Positions 46,285 to 53,937 of a stretch of DNA of 64,000 bases are shown piece by piece. The stretch's first letter is position 1; each line of letters opens with the position of its first letter. The notes under the pieces are model-generated. The model searched no databases, had not been told where the DNA came from, and saw nothing but the letters and a program-made list of their open reading frames with translations. The position numbers and the translations under genes are program-made. Location of the stretch: the IMG/VR virus record IMGVR_UViG_3300049003_000001, positions 13,660 to 77,659 of that record; one strand, written 5' to 3'. This stretch comes from a virus. Lineage: Duplodnaviria > Heunggongvirae > Uroviricota > Caudoviricetes.

Positions 46285-46470
46285 GTGATGGAGCCGGGGA
46301 TTGGCAGAAAGCGGCTGGCCGCACTTCAACTGATGAAGACGCGGTTGCCGACCGAAGAGTTCGCCGGGCTGACCGAGGCCATGATCGTCAACCACATGAC
46401 CGACGAGCAGTTAGAGGAATTCATTACCTTCATGGCAACCCGCCCGGCCAGAGTTAGGCCGCGAAGGTAA
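46285..46470 (+). CDS. hypothetical protein
   Basis: 61-aa ORF. Confidence 0.25.
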   Translation: MMEPGIGRKRLAALQLMKTRLPTEEFAGLTEAMIVNHMTDEQLEEFITFMATRPARVRPRR

Positions 46471-46673
46471 TGCCTGATCCGCAAATGATTATCCCGTTCA
46501 GCCTCCTGTGGCATGACGAACAGGATTTCCATTATGGTCACTGCCCAATGCCGTACAACGCGGCTGGCGAGGGTCCGGAGATGGATGAGTCCAAGGTCGT
46601 CAAGGTCGTCTGCTGGTGCTGGCGACGCGAGAACTGCCCTGTTATTCCACCGGAGTTGCGCGGCCCGGATTGA
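46470..46673 (+). CDS. hypothetical protein
   Basis: 67-aa ORF. Confidence 0.25.
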   Translation: MPDPQMIIPFSLLWHDEQDFHYGHCPMPYNAAGEGPEMDESKVVKVVCWCWRRENCPVIPPELRGPD

Positions 46674-46790
46674 CCTGTTATACTCATTATGCCCGGCCAG
46701 GAGAAGGCACAGTGGAGCGAGGGCTTTGAAGCTGTGTGATTGACTCAGGCACCGAGTGGGGAGAGTTCCCCCATCCGCCACCGGGCGCAT

Positions 46791-46863
46791 GTCTCTTTAG
46801 CTCAATTGGTAGAGCGGTTGATTGAAGCTCAACAGGTTGGCGGTTCGATTCCGTCAGGGGACA
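46791..46863 (+). tRNA. tRNA-Phe(GAA)
   Basis: Acceptor GTCTCTT/AGGGGAC. D GCTC/GAGC. Anticodon stem GTTGA/TCAAC and loop TT-GAA-GC. Confidence 0.8.
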
Positions 46864-46873
46864 CAGTAGATTA

Positions 46874-46900
46874 AGGGTTGCTATCAAGCAGCCCTTTTTC
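46874..46900 (+). terminator. rho-independent terminator after tRNA-Phe
   Basis: AGGGTTGC-tatcaa-GCAGCCCT followed by TTTTC. Confidence 0.7.
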
Positions 46901-46941
46901 TATGCCCAAAATCAATTACATAGAGACAGGACGTACATACG

Positions 46942-47748
46942 TTGGGTAAGTTCCTAGGCGGCCTTTTCGCCTTCTTTGCTTTTATTCTTGCAATTCTTCT
47001 TTTCATGTCGAGCACCACAATCGGTGCGCGGTCGGTCGGTATTCAGACCAGCTTTGGCAAGTACGTGAACACGCTGCCGTCAGGTCACCATTGGGCCAGC
47101 CCGTTCTCGTCTGTCGAGGAATTCAGCACTCTCACGCAGAACCTTCACCTCAATGGTGGAAATGGTGACGACGAGGGTCCGAAGACGCCGGTTGCCTTCA
47201 AGGGCGGGGCCTCGGGCAACGTCGATGCCACGATTCGTTGGAGGATCAGCGACGACGGCGCACAGAAGCTTTGGAGGGACTACAAGACCTTCGCCAACGT
47301 GCAGAACAACCTCGTCCGTGCCGATGCTCAGAACTCGCTCCGGATTGAGTTTTCCAATTTCACTCCGGTGGACGCTCGTGACGGCAATAACCTGAACACG
47401 ATTATGACGAACGTGCAGAAGTCGCTGGCCGGAAAGCTAAAGAGCTACGGCGTGTCGGTTGACTCCATTCAGATCACGAACGTGGAGCTTGGTCGGCAGG
47501 CTCAGTCGTCCATTGACCGAATTGTCGAGGCTAACGCCAACGTGCAGCGCGCGGAGGCTGAGCAGCAGAAGGCCACCATCGAGGCGCAGACTGCACAGAT
47601 TCGTCAGACCACGCAGACTCCGGAGACCTTGCAGCGCTATTGCCTAGAGGTCGTCAACGCCTGGGACGTGAGCAAGAATGGTCCGCTTCCGGCGACCTTC
47701 AACTGTGGGCTGTCTGAGAACAGCGGATCGGTTATCGTAGGTAAGTAA
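46942..47748 (+). CDS. SPFH/band-7 (HflK/C, prohibitin-like) membrane protein
   Basis: N-terminal TM helix. The central SPFH-like region and coiled-coil IQITNVELGRQAQSSIDRIVEANANVQRAEAEQQKATIEAQ are typical of the band-7 family. Confidence 0.55.
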   Translation: MGKFLGGLFAFFAFILAILLFMSSTTIGARSVGIQTSFGKYVNTLPSGHHWASPFSSVEEFSTLTQNLHLNGGNGDDEGPKTPVAFKGGASGNVDATIRWRISDDGAQKLWRDYKTFANVQNNLVRADAQNSLRIEFSNFTPVDARDGNNLNTIMTNVQKSLAGKLKSYGVSVDSIQITNVELGRQAQSSIDRIVEANANVQRAEAEQQKATIEAQTAQIRQTTQTPETLQRYCLEVVNAWDVSKNGPLPATFNCGLSENSGSVIVGK

Positions 47749-47987
47749 TGAGTAGCTTTAGCGAATCCTTGCTGGACGCTATTCTTGGTTATGTCCAGAA
47801 GCATGTTGACGAGGGCGCTCAGCGAATCGTTTCCTACGAAGAGGAAGAGCGCGCGGACGGTTATTGCGAGACCTGTTACTATGAGTGGACTATCTTTACC
47901 ATCACCTACCTCGGTGGGGATGGATTGCAGAGAGTCTACGAATACTACGGAGACTTCGCAGAATTCGTTCGTGAGTTGACAGACTGA
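47748..47987 (+). CDS. hypothetical protein
   Basis: 79-aa ORF. Confidence 0.3.
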   Translation: MSSFSESLLDAILGYVQKHVDEGAQRIVSYEEEERADGYCETCYYEWTIFTITYLGGDGLQRVYEYYGDFAEFVRELTD

Positions 47988-48005
47988 CCTCGGTTTTGTT
48001 AGAAT
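47976..48005 (+). promoter_or_regulatory. promoter TTGACA-N18-TAGAAT for tRNA island 3
   Basis: ttgtTAGAATagat is the conserved context. Confidence 0.55.
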
Positions 48006-48062
48006 AGATGAGCCGCCGCAAGTACAGGGAGTTTAATCCTTGTGGCTACGGCGGTTACATCT

Positions 48063-48135
48063 GGCCCTGTAGCTCAGTGGATAGAGCGTTTGACTACGAA
48101 TCAAAAGGTCGCAGGTTCGAATCCTGCTAGGGTCA
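48063..48135 (+). tRNA. tRNA-Arg(ACG)
   Basis: Anticodon stem TTTGA/TCAAA and loop CT-ACG-AA. T-arm GCAGG-TTCGAAT-CCTGC. Confidence 0.8.
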
Positions 48136-48436
48136 CTTGCATTAAATAATGCTTTTGTTAGAATTACGCTATGAATACATTCATGGTAAGCGTAATGCTA
48201 CAGGTTGAGGTAGAAGCGTTTGATGAGTCAGACGCGCGTGATGCGGTAATTGACTGCTTCGGAGAAGGTGACTTCTGCGGCGTCGAGGTCAAGGACTGTG
48301 AAGTAACCGATTTTGAATTGCTAGGCTGATGACCGTCACGATCTGGTGCTCCGGATGCTCTGCGGAGCCTGCGGTAGAGTTGTTCGAAATCGAATGGAAC
48401 AACGAATGGGTTTCTTTTCCCGTTGGGGAAGAGTGC

Positions 48437-48465
48437 TTGACACGCGCCCAGGAGAATGCTAGAAT
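48437..48465 (+). promoter_or_regulatory. promoter TTGACA-N17-TAGAAT
   Basis: aatgcTAGAATtg is the conserved context. Confidence 0.55.
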
Positions 48466-48481
48466 TGAAGAATAACAGAAT

Positions 48482-48554
48482 GGCCCTATAGCTCAGCGGT
48501 TAGAGCGTTCGCCTGTCACGCGAAAGGTCGCCGGTTCAAATCCGGTTGGGGTCG
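48482..48554 (+). tRNA. tRNA-Asp(GUC)
   Basis: Anticodon stem TTCGC/GCGAA and loop CT-GTC-AC. G73. Confidence 0.8.
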
Positions 48555-48711
48555 CTTTCTCGGCCAATTCACTACTCGCCATAGTGAACAAGCTCGGGAG
48601 AAATGAGAAAGAGGCTGGATGCGACAGCCGCTACGTTCGTAGCACAAACAGTGAAGATCAGAATTCCGGTGACGGTCTACTCCGGGGCGCTGAAAACCTT
48701 TCTCACATAAT

Positions 48712-48783
48712 GGGTGCGTAGCTCAGAGGCAGAGCAGTTGACTCTTAATCAACGGGTCGGGATTTCGAAATTCCCCGCACCTA
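48712..48783 (+). tRNA. tRNA-Lys(CUU), atypical T-arm
   Basis: Anticodon stem GTTGA/TCAAC and loop CT-CTT-AA. The T-arm is GGGAT-TTCGAAA-TTCCC with a 53·61 T·T mismatch and a near-palindromic GATTTCGAAATTC. Confidence 0.65.
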
Positions 48784-48881
48784 CTCATGGTTAATGTAAG
48801 TGTCCAAAGTACACGGGCATACTGCATTAGCTTCCGTGTACGGATTGGCACGGCGTCTACCTCGGACGATATCGGGGCCAC

Positions 48882-48953
48882 GGGCCTCTAGCTCAGAGGA
48901 AGAGCAGTGGACTTTTAATCCACGGGTCGAGATTTCGAAATTCTCGGGGCCTA
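48882..48953 (+). tRNA. tRNA-Lys(UUU), atypical T-arm
   Basis: Anticodon stem GTGGA/TCCAC and loop CT-TTT-AA. Its T-arm GAGAT-TTCGAAA-TTCTC is paralogous to the 48712 tRNA. Confidence 0.65.
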
Positions 48954-49034
48954 CGTTGCGTTTTTCAGGCGCGCAACTGGTGGAGGACAATCATTTGTCC
49001 CTAGGTTTGCAGATTGTCCTTAACAATCTGTCAT

Positions 49035-49117
49035 GTGTGAGTTGAGCAGGTGGTGCGCTCAGCGGGCTGTAACCCCGTCGTCTACGGACATTGAAGGTTC
49101 AATTCCTTTCTCACACA
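49035..49117 (+). tRNA. tRNA-Tyr(GUA), long variable arm
   Basis: Acceptor GTGTGAG/CTCACAC. Anticodon stem GCGGG/CCCGT and loop CT-GTA-AC. T-arm GAAGG-TTCAATT-CCTTT. Confidence 0.75.
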
Positions 49118-49120
49118 CTT

Positions 49121-49188
49121 GCGGGATAGTGAAATCGGTATCATAGAGGGCTCATAATCCTCAGTTGGCGTTCGAATCGCCTCCCGCC
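49121..49188 (+). tRNA. tRNA-like, anticodon CAU (Met/Ile2?), atypical or degenerate
   Basis: Anticodon stem GAGGG/TCCTC with loop CT-CAT-AA. 6-bp acceptor GCGGGA/TCCCGC. However, the variable-loop-plus-T-stem region is 2 nt too short for a canonical fold. Confidence 0.4.
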
Positions 49189-49204
49189 CCCATTTAGTAC
49201 ACCG

Positions 49205-49234
49205 CCCCAGGTCTCCGGCCTGGGGTTTTTCTTT
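49205..49234 (+). terminator. rho-independent terminator closing tRNA island 3
   Basis: CCCCAGG-tctccgg-CCTGGGG followed by TTTTTCTTT. Confidence 0.75.
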
Positions 49235-49243
49235 GGAGGAATA

Positions 49244-49558
49244 ATGATTGAACTAACTAATACATTTGACAATGAAGTAATTGCTGCCTCATACGCGGGC
49301 GTGACCGTGGCGTATTTCACGGCTCCGTGGTGCGGACCCTGCCGGATGCTAAAGCCCCGGCTGGAAGAGCTAGAAAACGAGAATCCGGGATTGACGGTTA
49401 TCCGTATCGACGCTAGTATTGAGACAGACCTTGCGATTGAGCACCGGGTGATGAGCGTTCCGACGCTTCTCGTCTACAGCGGCGGATATCAGGTGGCTCG
49501 TATCGAGGGAATCAAGCCGAAGAACGTCCTACAGGAGACGTTCGCCAAGTACCTCTGA
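49244..49558 (+). CDS. trx: thioredoxin
   Basis: WCGPC active site. GGAGGAATAATG RBS. 104 aa. Confidence 0.8.
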   Translation: MIELTNTFDNEVIAASYAGVTVAYFTAPWCGPCRMLKPRLEELENENPGLTVIRIDASIETDLAIEHRVMSVPTLLVYSGGYQVARIEGIKPKNVLQETFAKYL

Positions 49559-49566
49559 GGAATTAG

Positions 49567-49965
49567 ATGAATCTCCGTCAAGGGTTTAGAGCCCTCGCCA
49601 ATAACGGTCTGGCTATCGGATCAGTCCTACTTTGCACAAATATGATCGGTGCCTGGCTGTTCATGCTGGCTGAGCACCACTCTTGGCGGGATTCATTCTA
49701 TTGGGCGTGGATTACTTCTCTTTCAATCGGTTATGGGGATATTAGTCCCGAGACGTGGCCGGGAAAGATGATTGCCATGTGTCTCGGAGCTTTCGTCCTA
49801 TACGTGATGACGCCGCTGGTTGTCGGAAAATTTGTCATGGCAGCCCTTGCGAACCAGCACGAATTCACGCATACTGAACAAGAAGAAATCAAGGGGGCTC
49901 TCGCGGGAATCACCGAGAAGTTGACCCTCATGCAGCACGATATCAATATGATGGAGATGAAGTGA
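49567..49965 (+). CDS. minimal K+ channel-like protein (2TM/P-loop, Kcv/KcsA-like)
   Basis: TSLSIGYGD matches the K+ selectivity filter TxxTxGYGD. It is flanked by hydrophobic helices (LAIGSVLLCTNMIGAWLFMLA and MIAMCLGAFVLYVMTPLVVGKFV) with a pore-helix FYWAWIT. 132 aa. Confidence 0.65.
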   Translation: MNLRQGFRALANNGLAIGSVLLCTNMIGAWLFMLAEHHSWRDSFYWAWITSLSIGYGDISPETWPGKMIAMCLGAFVLYVMTPLVVGKFVMAALANQHEFTHTEQEEIKGALAGITEKLTLMQHDINMMEMK

Positions 49966-50474
49966 AGAAGAAGCTAGCCGCCCTGGCAATTGCCGCTCCG
50001 CTAATCGCGGGAGGGCTAAGCGGTTGTGGTGGCGGTCAGTACCACACCGTTGCCGCACAGCAGACCTATTGCGTCGATTCGGCCGGTCACGTGGTTGACC
50101 CGTCGTGGTGCAACGTCGGCAACGTGCATTACAACCCCTCGGTTTACGTTTTCTGGATGGGCGACTCACACGGCCACTCGTACCACCGGGGTTCTACTAT
50201 TCCCCGTAGCTACTACCGTTCGGGTAAGCGAATTAACCCGTCGTCTGCTAGCGCTCGCAAGGCCGCTGGCCTCCCGGCTACCGGCACCGTCCGCAGTGGC
50301 AGCAGCCCAGCTAAGTCGCAGACCGCGCCTTCGCGTAATTCCAGCACGAGCAAGACCAGCGTGGGTGGCTCCACCTCGCGTAGCAGCACGACCTCCCGTA
50401 CGAGCGTCGGTGGCAGCACGTCCCGTAGCTCCGGAGGTTTCAGCGGCAGCCGCTCATCCGGAGGTCGCCGGTAA
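49962..50474 (+). CDS. lipoprotein with Ser/Thr-rich repeat tail
   Basis: Signal peptide plus lipobox LSGC. C-terminal tandem repeat TSVGGSTSRSS(x2) within a low-complexity S/T/R region. Confidence 0.55.
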   Translation: MKKKLAALAIAAPLIAGGLSGCGGGQYHTVAAQQTYCVDSAGHVVDPSWCNVGNVHYNPSVYVFWMGDSHGHSYHRGSTIPRSYYRSGKRINPSSASARKAAGLPATGTVRSGSSPAKSQTAPSRNSSTSKTSVGGSTSRSSTTSRTSVGGSTSRSSGGFSGSRSSGGRR

Positions 50475-50683
50475 TGAATGTTGAATTGCAGACCATCGAT
50501 GGTCAGTTCTTTAGCTCTGATCCGTTCGACAACGAGTACGACGTGAATCTGACCAGCGTGGCCGACGAGCTACGCGGACTATTCACTAGCTGGCGGGAGA
50601 TGGATTACCTCTCGCTGGTCATCGGCGGGCGGGTCCGGTATTTCAACCCGGCCAACGTGCTGTGGGCGGAAATCGTTAACTGA
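50474..50683 (+). CDS. hypothetical protein
   Basis: 69-aa ORF. Confidence 0.3.
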   Translation: MNVELQTIDGQFFSSDPFDNEYDVNLTSVADELRGLFTSWREMDYLSLVIGGRVRYFNPANVLWAEIVN

Positions 50684-51000
50684 TGTTCAAGCATGTTGAC
50701 ACGACCCGTCCGTATCCCGCAACCGAAATGACGACGGCGAAGTGGAAGCAGGTTCCGTGTTTTTGGGTGGATATCAGTGACCTGATTGCTACCCAAGAGG
50801 GCGTGAATTTTCAGCCGCTTATCGTCATCGACCGGGCAATGCGGTACACCTCGCACAGTGGTGATATTCACCCGCACGTCGTGTCCTGGCGGGGTAACCT
50901 ATATCTGGAAGACGGCCATCACCGCACGGTCGGCAGACTGTTTGATGGAAAGAAGACAGTCTTCGCCCGAGTGTTGACCATCGTAGACCACGGAGAGTAG
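50683..51000 (+). CDS. ParB-like nuclease domain protein
   Basis: LYLEDGHHRTVG matches the ParB/Srx DGHHR motif. 105 aa. Confidence 0.5.
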   Translation: MFKHVDTTRPYPATEMTTAKWKQVPCFWVDISDLIATQEGVNFQPLIVIDRAMRYTSHSGDIHPHVVSWRGNLYLEDGHHRTVGRLFDGKKTVFARVLTIVDHGE

Positions 51001-51113
51001 AATGTTTTTCGTATATCTGGCGCTTGGCGTTCTGATTCTGCTCGCACTCTACGGATGGACGCTCCGAAAGAATGCGCCAAACAATAGTCTATTTGATGGT
51101 TGGGAGGATTAAA

Positions 51114-51278
51114 ATGGGATTTACTGAGATTCTTACCCTCATCTTCATCGTGCTAAAGCTGACGCATCAGATCGACTGGTCGTGGTGGTGGGTGCTCTCT
51201 CCGGAGCTTTTCGTCATCGTGCTCTACGTGGTGTTCGCCATCGTCGGCGCGAGCGTTTTTAAGCTTTTCCGCAGGTAA
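51114..51278 (+). CDS. small membrane protein
   Basis: 54-aa ORF with a GGGAGG RBS and two hydrophobic helices. A 36-aa membrane ORF at 51001..51111 precedes it. Confidence 0.3.
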   Translation: MGFTEILTLIFIVLKLTHQIDWSWWWVLSPELFVIVLYVVFAIVGASVFKLFRR

Positions 51279-51281
51279 TTC

Positions 51282-51310
51282 TTGCAAAGCAGTTTGTGGT
51301 CTGCTACAAT
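51282..51310 (+). promoter_or_regulatory. promoter TTGCAA-N17-TACAAT for tRNA island 4
   Basis: gtctgcTACAATt is the conserved context. Confidence 0.5.
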
Positions 51311-51322
51311 TAAAACCACGCT

Positions 51323-51394
51323 GGTTCCGTAGCGTAGGGGAAACGCGGTGGTCTTCTAAACCACTAAACGTTGGTTCGAATCCAACCGGAATCA
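51323..51394 (+). tRNA. tRNA-Arg(UCU)
   Basis: D GCGT/ACGC. Anticodon stem GTGGT/ACCAC and loop CT-TCT-AA. T-arm GTTGG-TTCGAAT-CCAAC. Confidence 0.8.
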
Positions 51395-51487
51395 CAAAGC
51401 GCAAACAGCCACAGCGGGTGACGGGTCATAACCGTAAATGAATGCGCCAGGAGTTAGGGTCGCCATGCCAAAACAAGACTCCGATTT

Positions 51488-51559
51488 ACTCTCGTAGTTC
51501 AGTGGAAGAATAGTCGCCTCCTAAGCGATTGGTCGCTGGTTCGAATCCAGTCGAGAGTA
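51488..51559 (+). tRNA. tRNA-Arg(CCU)
   Basis: Acceptor ACTCTCG/CGAGAGT. Anticodon stem GTCGC/GCGAT and loop CT-CCT-AA. Confidence 0.75.
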
Positions 51560-51742
51560 CGTGTACGTTCCAATCGCCTTTGCCGAGGCGGTTGGCGGGG
51601 ACTAAGAGGGACGGCAATCCTGACTGGTCAATGTGGGGTGCGGCTTGAAACCAAGCCTCTACGTACGTAAGCCGGGGGGTCAGGTGACCGGATAACACTC
51701 ATAACGTTGTCTAGCTCAGTTCGATACTGAGTCACGGTACAA

Positions 51743-51813
51743 GGCACTATGCGAGAAAGGTCATCGACTAGTCTGCAAAACTAGGAATGCGGGTTCGAAT
51801 CCCGTTAGTGCTT
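51743..51813 (+). tRNA. tRNA-Cys(GCA)
   Basis: Anticodon stem CTAGT/ACTAG and loop CT-GCA-AA. T-arm GCGGG-TTCGAAT-CCCGT. Confidence 0.75.
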
Positions 51814-51814
51814 C

Positions 51815-52114
51815 GTGAATAATGAAGGTATGGACGGCAATTTCATCGGCGGCGGGGGACTGTCGCACATCGTCTCCGGAGGTCGAATCTTTGTTGATTC
51901 CGAAGAGCTAACGACATTGTTCTTTATCACCGGGGCGCGGATGGCACGGAGGGCGCACGACACACAGAGCCGAGACCGTGCTATTATTGCAAGCGTCTTC
52001 TCCGATATTGCGGAGAAGTTCGATGAACTCCGCATGGAGCTTCTAAAGCGAGAAATCGAAGCGTCGTTCACTCCGGACGAGCTTACCACCTTGTTTGATC
52101 TAAAGGAAGACTAA
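51815..52114 (+). CDS. hypothetical protein
   Basis: 99-aa ORF starting 2 nt after tRNA-Cys. An internal ATG at 51833 is an alternative start. Confidence 0.3.
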   Translation: MNNEGMDGNFIGGGGLSHIVSGGRIFVDSEELTTLFFITGARMARRAHDTQSRDRAIIASVFSDIAEKFDELRMELLKREIEASFTPDELTTLFDLKED

Positions 52115-52115
52115 A

Positions 52116-52361
52116 ATGGCAAAGGTTACTCCCACCGAGGTTGAGGTTACGACCAAGGTTCCGGGTTACACGCTAGAATTGTCCGACGCCGAGGCGCAGA
52201 CACTCACCCTCGTGCTGGCGATGGTCGGCGGGGATGGGGATAGGTCGGCACGCAAGCACACGCAGTCCGTCTACGACGCGCTAGAGGCAGCCGGAATCGA
52301 CTACGAGTCGAACTTGGACTACCGGCGTATCGAGGGTTCCATCCGATTTAGCACCACCTGA
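52116..52361 (+). CDS. hypothetical protein
   Basis: 81-aa ORF. Confidence 0.3.
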   Translation: MAKVTPTEVEVTTKVPGYTLELSDAEAQTLTLVLAMVGGDGDRSARKHTQSVYDALEAAGIDYESNLDYRRIEGSIRFSTT

Positions 52362-52386
52362 TTTACCTGCCCGCAAGGGCACCTAA

Positions 52387-52719
52387 GGGCCTGACTTGGT
52401 TTCGACTCTTAGTGGACATTGTTAGACGCAGCCGGTCTTGGGTAGAGACCTTAAACAACTCAAAATAATAAATGCAGACTACGACATTGTAGCTGAGGCA
52501 GAGGCCATCACCCGTGAGGCCGCTGCCGCCCTTGTTTCTGCCTGATCTAAACCCTCAGGATTGACAAGCAGGGAACAGTGGACGCCCTGATAACCAAACG
52601 TCCCTAGCAACACCCTAGCACTGCCGTGAGAAATGCAAGACCCGCCGGGGATACGGATGGCTGTAATTCGGATTTCAAGATAAGCTAGGAACACGCGGGT
52701 TCGACTCCCGCCAGGTCCA
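52387..52719 (+). ncRNA. ssrA: tmRNA (SsrA)
   Basis: The 5' end GGGCCTGACTTGGTTTCGAC and 3' end GCGGGTTCGACTCCCGCCAGGTCCA parallel the E. coli tmRNA termini. The acceptor GGGCCTG/CAGGTCC has the G3·U70 Ala identity pair. A candidate tag frame GCA GAC TAC ... GCC TGA reads ADYDIVAEAEAITREAAAALVSA*. Confidence 0.7.
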
Positions 52720-52750
52720 CGTGAGGATTATTGAAAAGGGAATCCTAGAG

Positions 52751-53140
52751 ATGACCGGAGCGGAGACCGCTAAGTGCAAGTCGCTTAGTCTCCGCCATCA
52801 AGGTCTTATGTGCGAAGATTTGGTTGATTGGAAGGCTTACGAGCGTTCCGATAATAAGATGCGCCGTAGGTCGCGCGTCTGGATGATGTTTGATGACGAT
52901 GACCGTCTCCTGAGTTGGGCTCTGGTCACCCCTCGCTGGAAGGCAACGGGGTATGACGCGCAGCTTTATACCAGAATTTCGGAGCGCGGGAAGGGTTATG
53001 CTGGTATCCTCATGAAGAGGGTTCTGGAATACACTCCGACCCCACACGTGTTTCCTCACGACCGAACGAGCGGTGAATTCTTCAAGAAGCATCGTGACAG
53101 TATCCGATACGATAAGTGCAACAGAGGATGGATTGAATGA
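52751..53140 (+). CDS. GNAT-family acetyltransferase-like protein
   Basis: RGKGYAGILMKRVL resembles the acetyl-CoA-binding R-x-x-G-x-G/A motif. The start may be GTG 52721. Confidence 0.45.
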   Translation: MTGAETAKCKSLSLRHQGLMCEDLVDWKAYERSDNKMRRRSRVWMMFDDDDRLLSWALVTPRWKATGYDAQLYTRISERGKGYAGILMKRVLEYTPTPHVFPHDRTSGEFFKKHRDSIRYDKCNRGWIE

Positions 53141-53465
53141 AGCCTAAGAATTACTTTATTGATGGCGACGCAGAGAAGCTAGCTCGCCTAAAGGCTGAAC
53201 TAGACTTCATCGGGCGTGAGTGCGAGATTCGGGATGGCCGTCTAGTCGTATTCGCATTGCCGCAGAAGAAGGCTAAGCCGAAGGGCGGGGCTCGTGGAGC
53301 GCGCCGAGGCCGATAAGCTAGCCAGTTGGTTTGCCACATTCCGCAATAAGCTCCGTATGGAGTACGGTCAGGCGATGGCCCTAGAGGGATTCGACCCGGA
53401 CGTAATTGCCAATGTGCAGCAGCGAGTTGCCACAGAGATGTTGGAGTGGCTAGAAGGTCCGTCGT

Positions 53466-53772
53466 GAGGTGGGAGTGGTGGGCATACGCCGGAATCACTC
53501 TGGTGTGCCTCGCCATCGCCTTCATTGCCGACAGGTATTCACAGAAGAAGCCTGCCAAGCCGGGACGCCATGCGAACACCGGAGAAATTCCTACGGTCAC
53601 TCACAGGCTCGCAGACGACTGGTCGTTTAAGACCGCAGAGCAGCCGGTGGTCAAGCTGACCGAAAAGCCTCCGGTTCCGCCGTTCGCACCGCCTACGGTG
53701 GAGATGGAAGCTATCGATCCGGCCGACTACCCGGACTGGATTTCAGAAATGTTGAAGGAAGACCTTCGATAA
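53466..53772 (+). CDS. membrane protein
   Basis: GTG start. One TM helix (WWAYAGITLVCLAIAFIA). Pro-rich tail. Confidence 0.3.
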
Positions 53773-53774
53773 AT

Positions 53775-53803
53775 TTGACAGGCGTTTTTCGGAATGCTAA
53801 ACT
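53775..53803 (+). promoter_or_regulatory. promoter TTGACA-N17-TAAACT for tRNA island 5
   Basis: aatgcTAAACTagat. The 57102 promoter carries the same TAAACT variant. Confidence 0.5.
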
Positions 53804-53937
53804 AGATATGTAAGGCAGACGGACAAGGCTTTGGCCGGTGAGTCTGGGTGGAACGTGGGAGACGTAATAGTCGTTAGACCACTAAAGCGCAGGTAACAAA
53901 CGGGTGGGATGCGAGTGGTCTAGCTTTACATATTTAT

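Noticed and set aside
48781-49045. ORFs 48781..48990 (-) and 48800..49045 (+) covering the tRNA-Lys genes. Analogous ORFs cover other tRNAs: 51153..51404, 51486..51698, 53926..54237, 54110..54469, 41179..41397 and 46687..46887.
   Set aside because: They overlap confidently folded tRNA genes and lack start context. They are translation artefacts.
53151-53600. 149-aa minus-strand ORF
   Set aside because: It lies opposite two short but RBS-supported plus-strand ORFs in an otherwise strictly plus-strand region, and has a Pro/Arg/Ala-rich composition.
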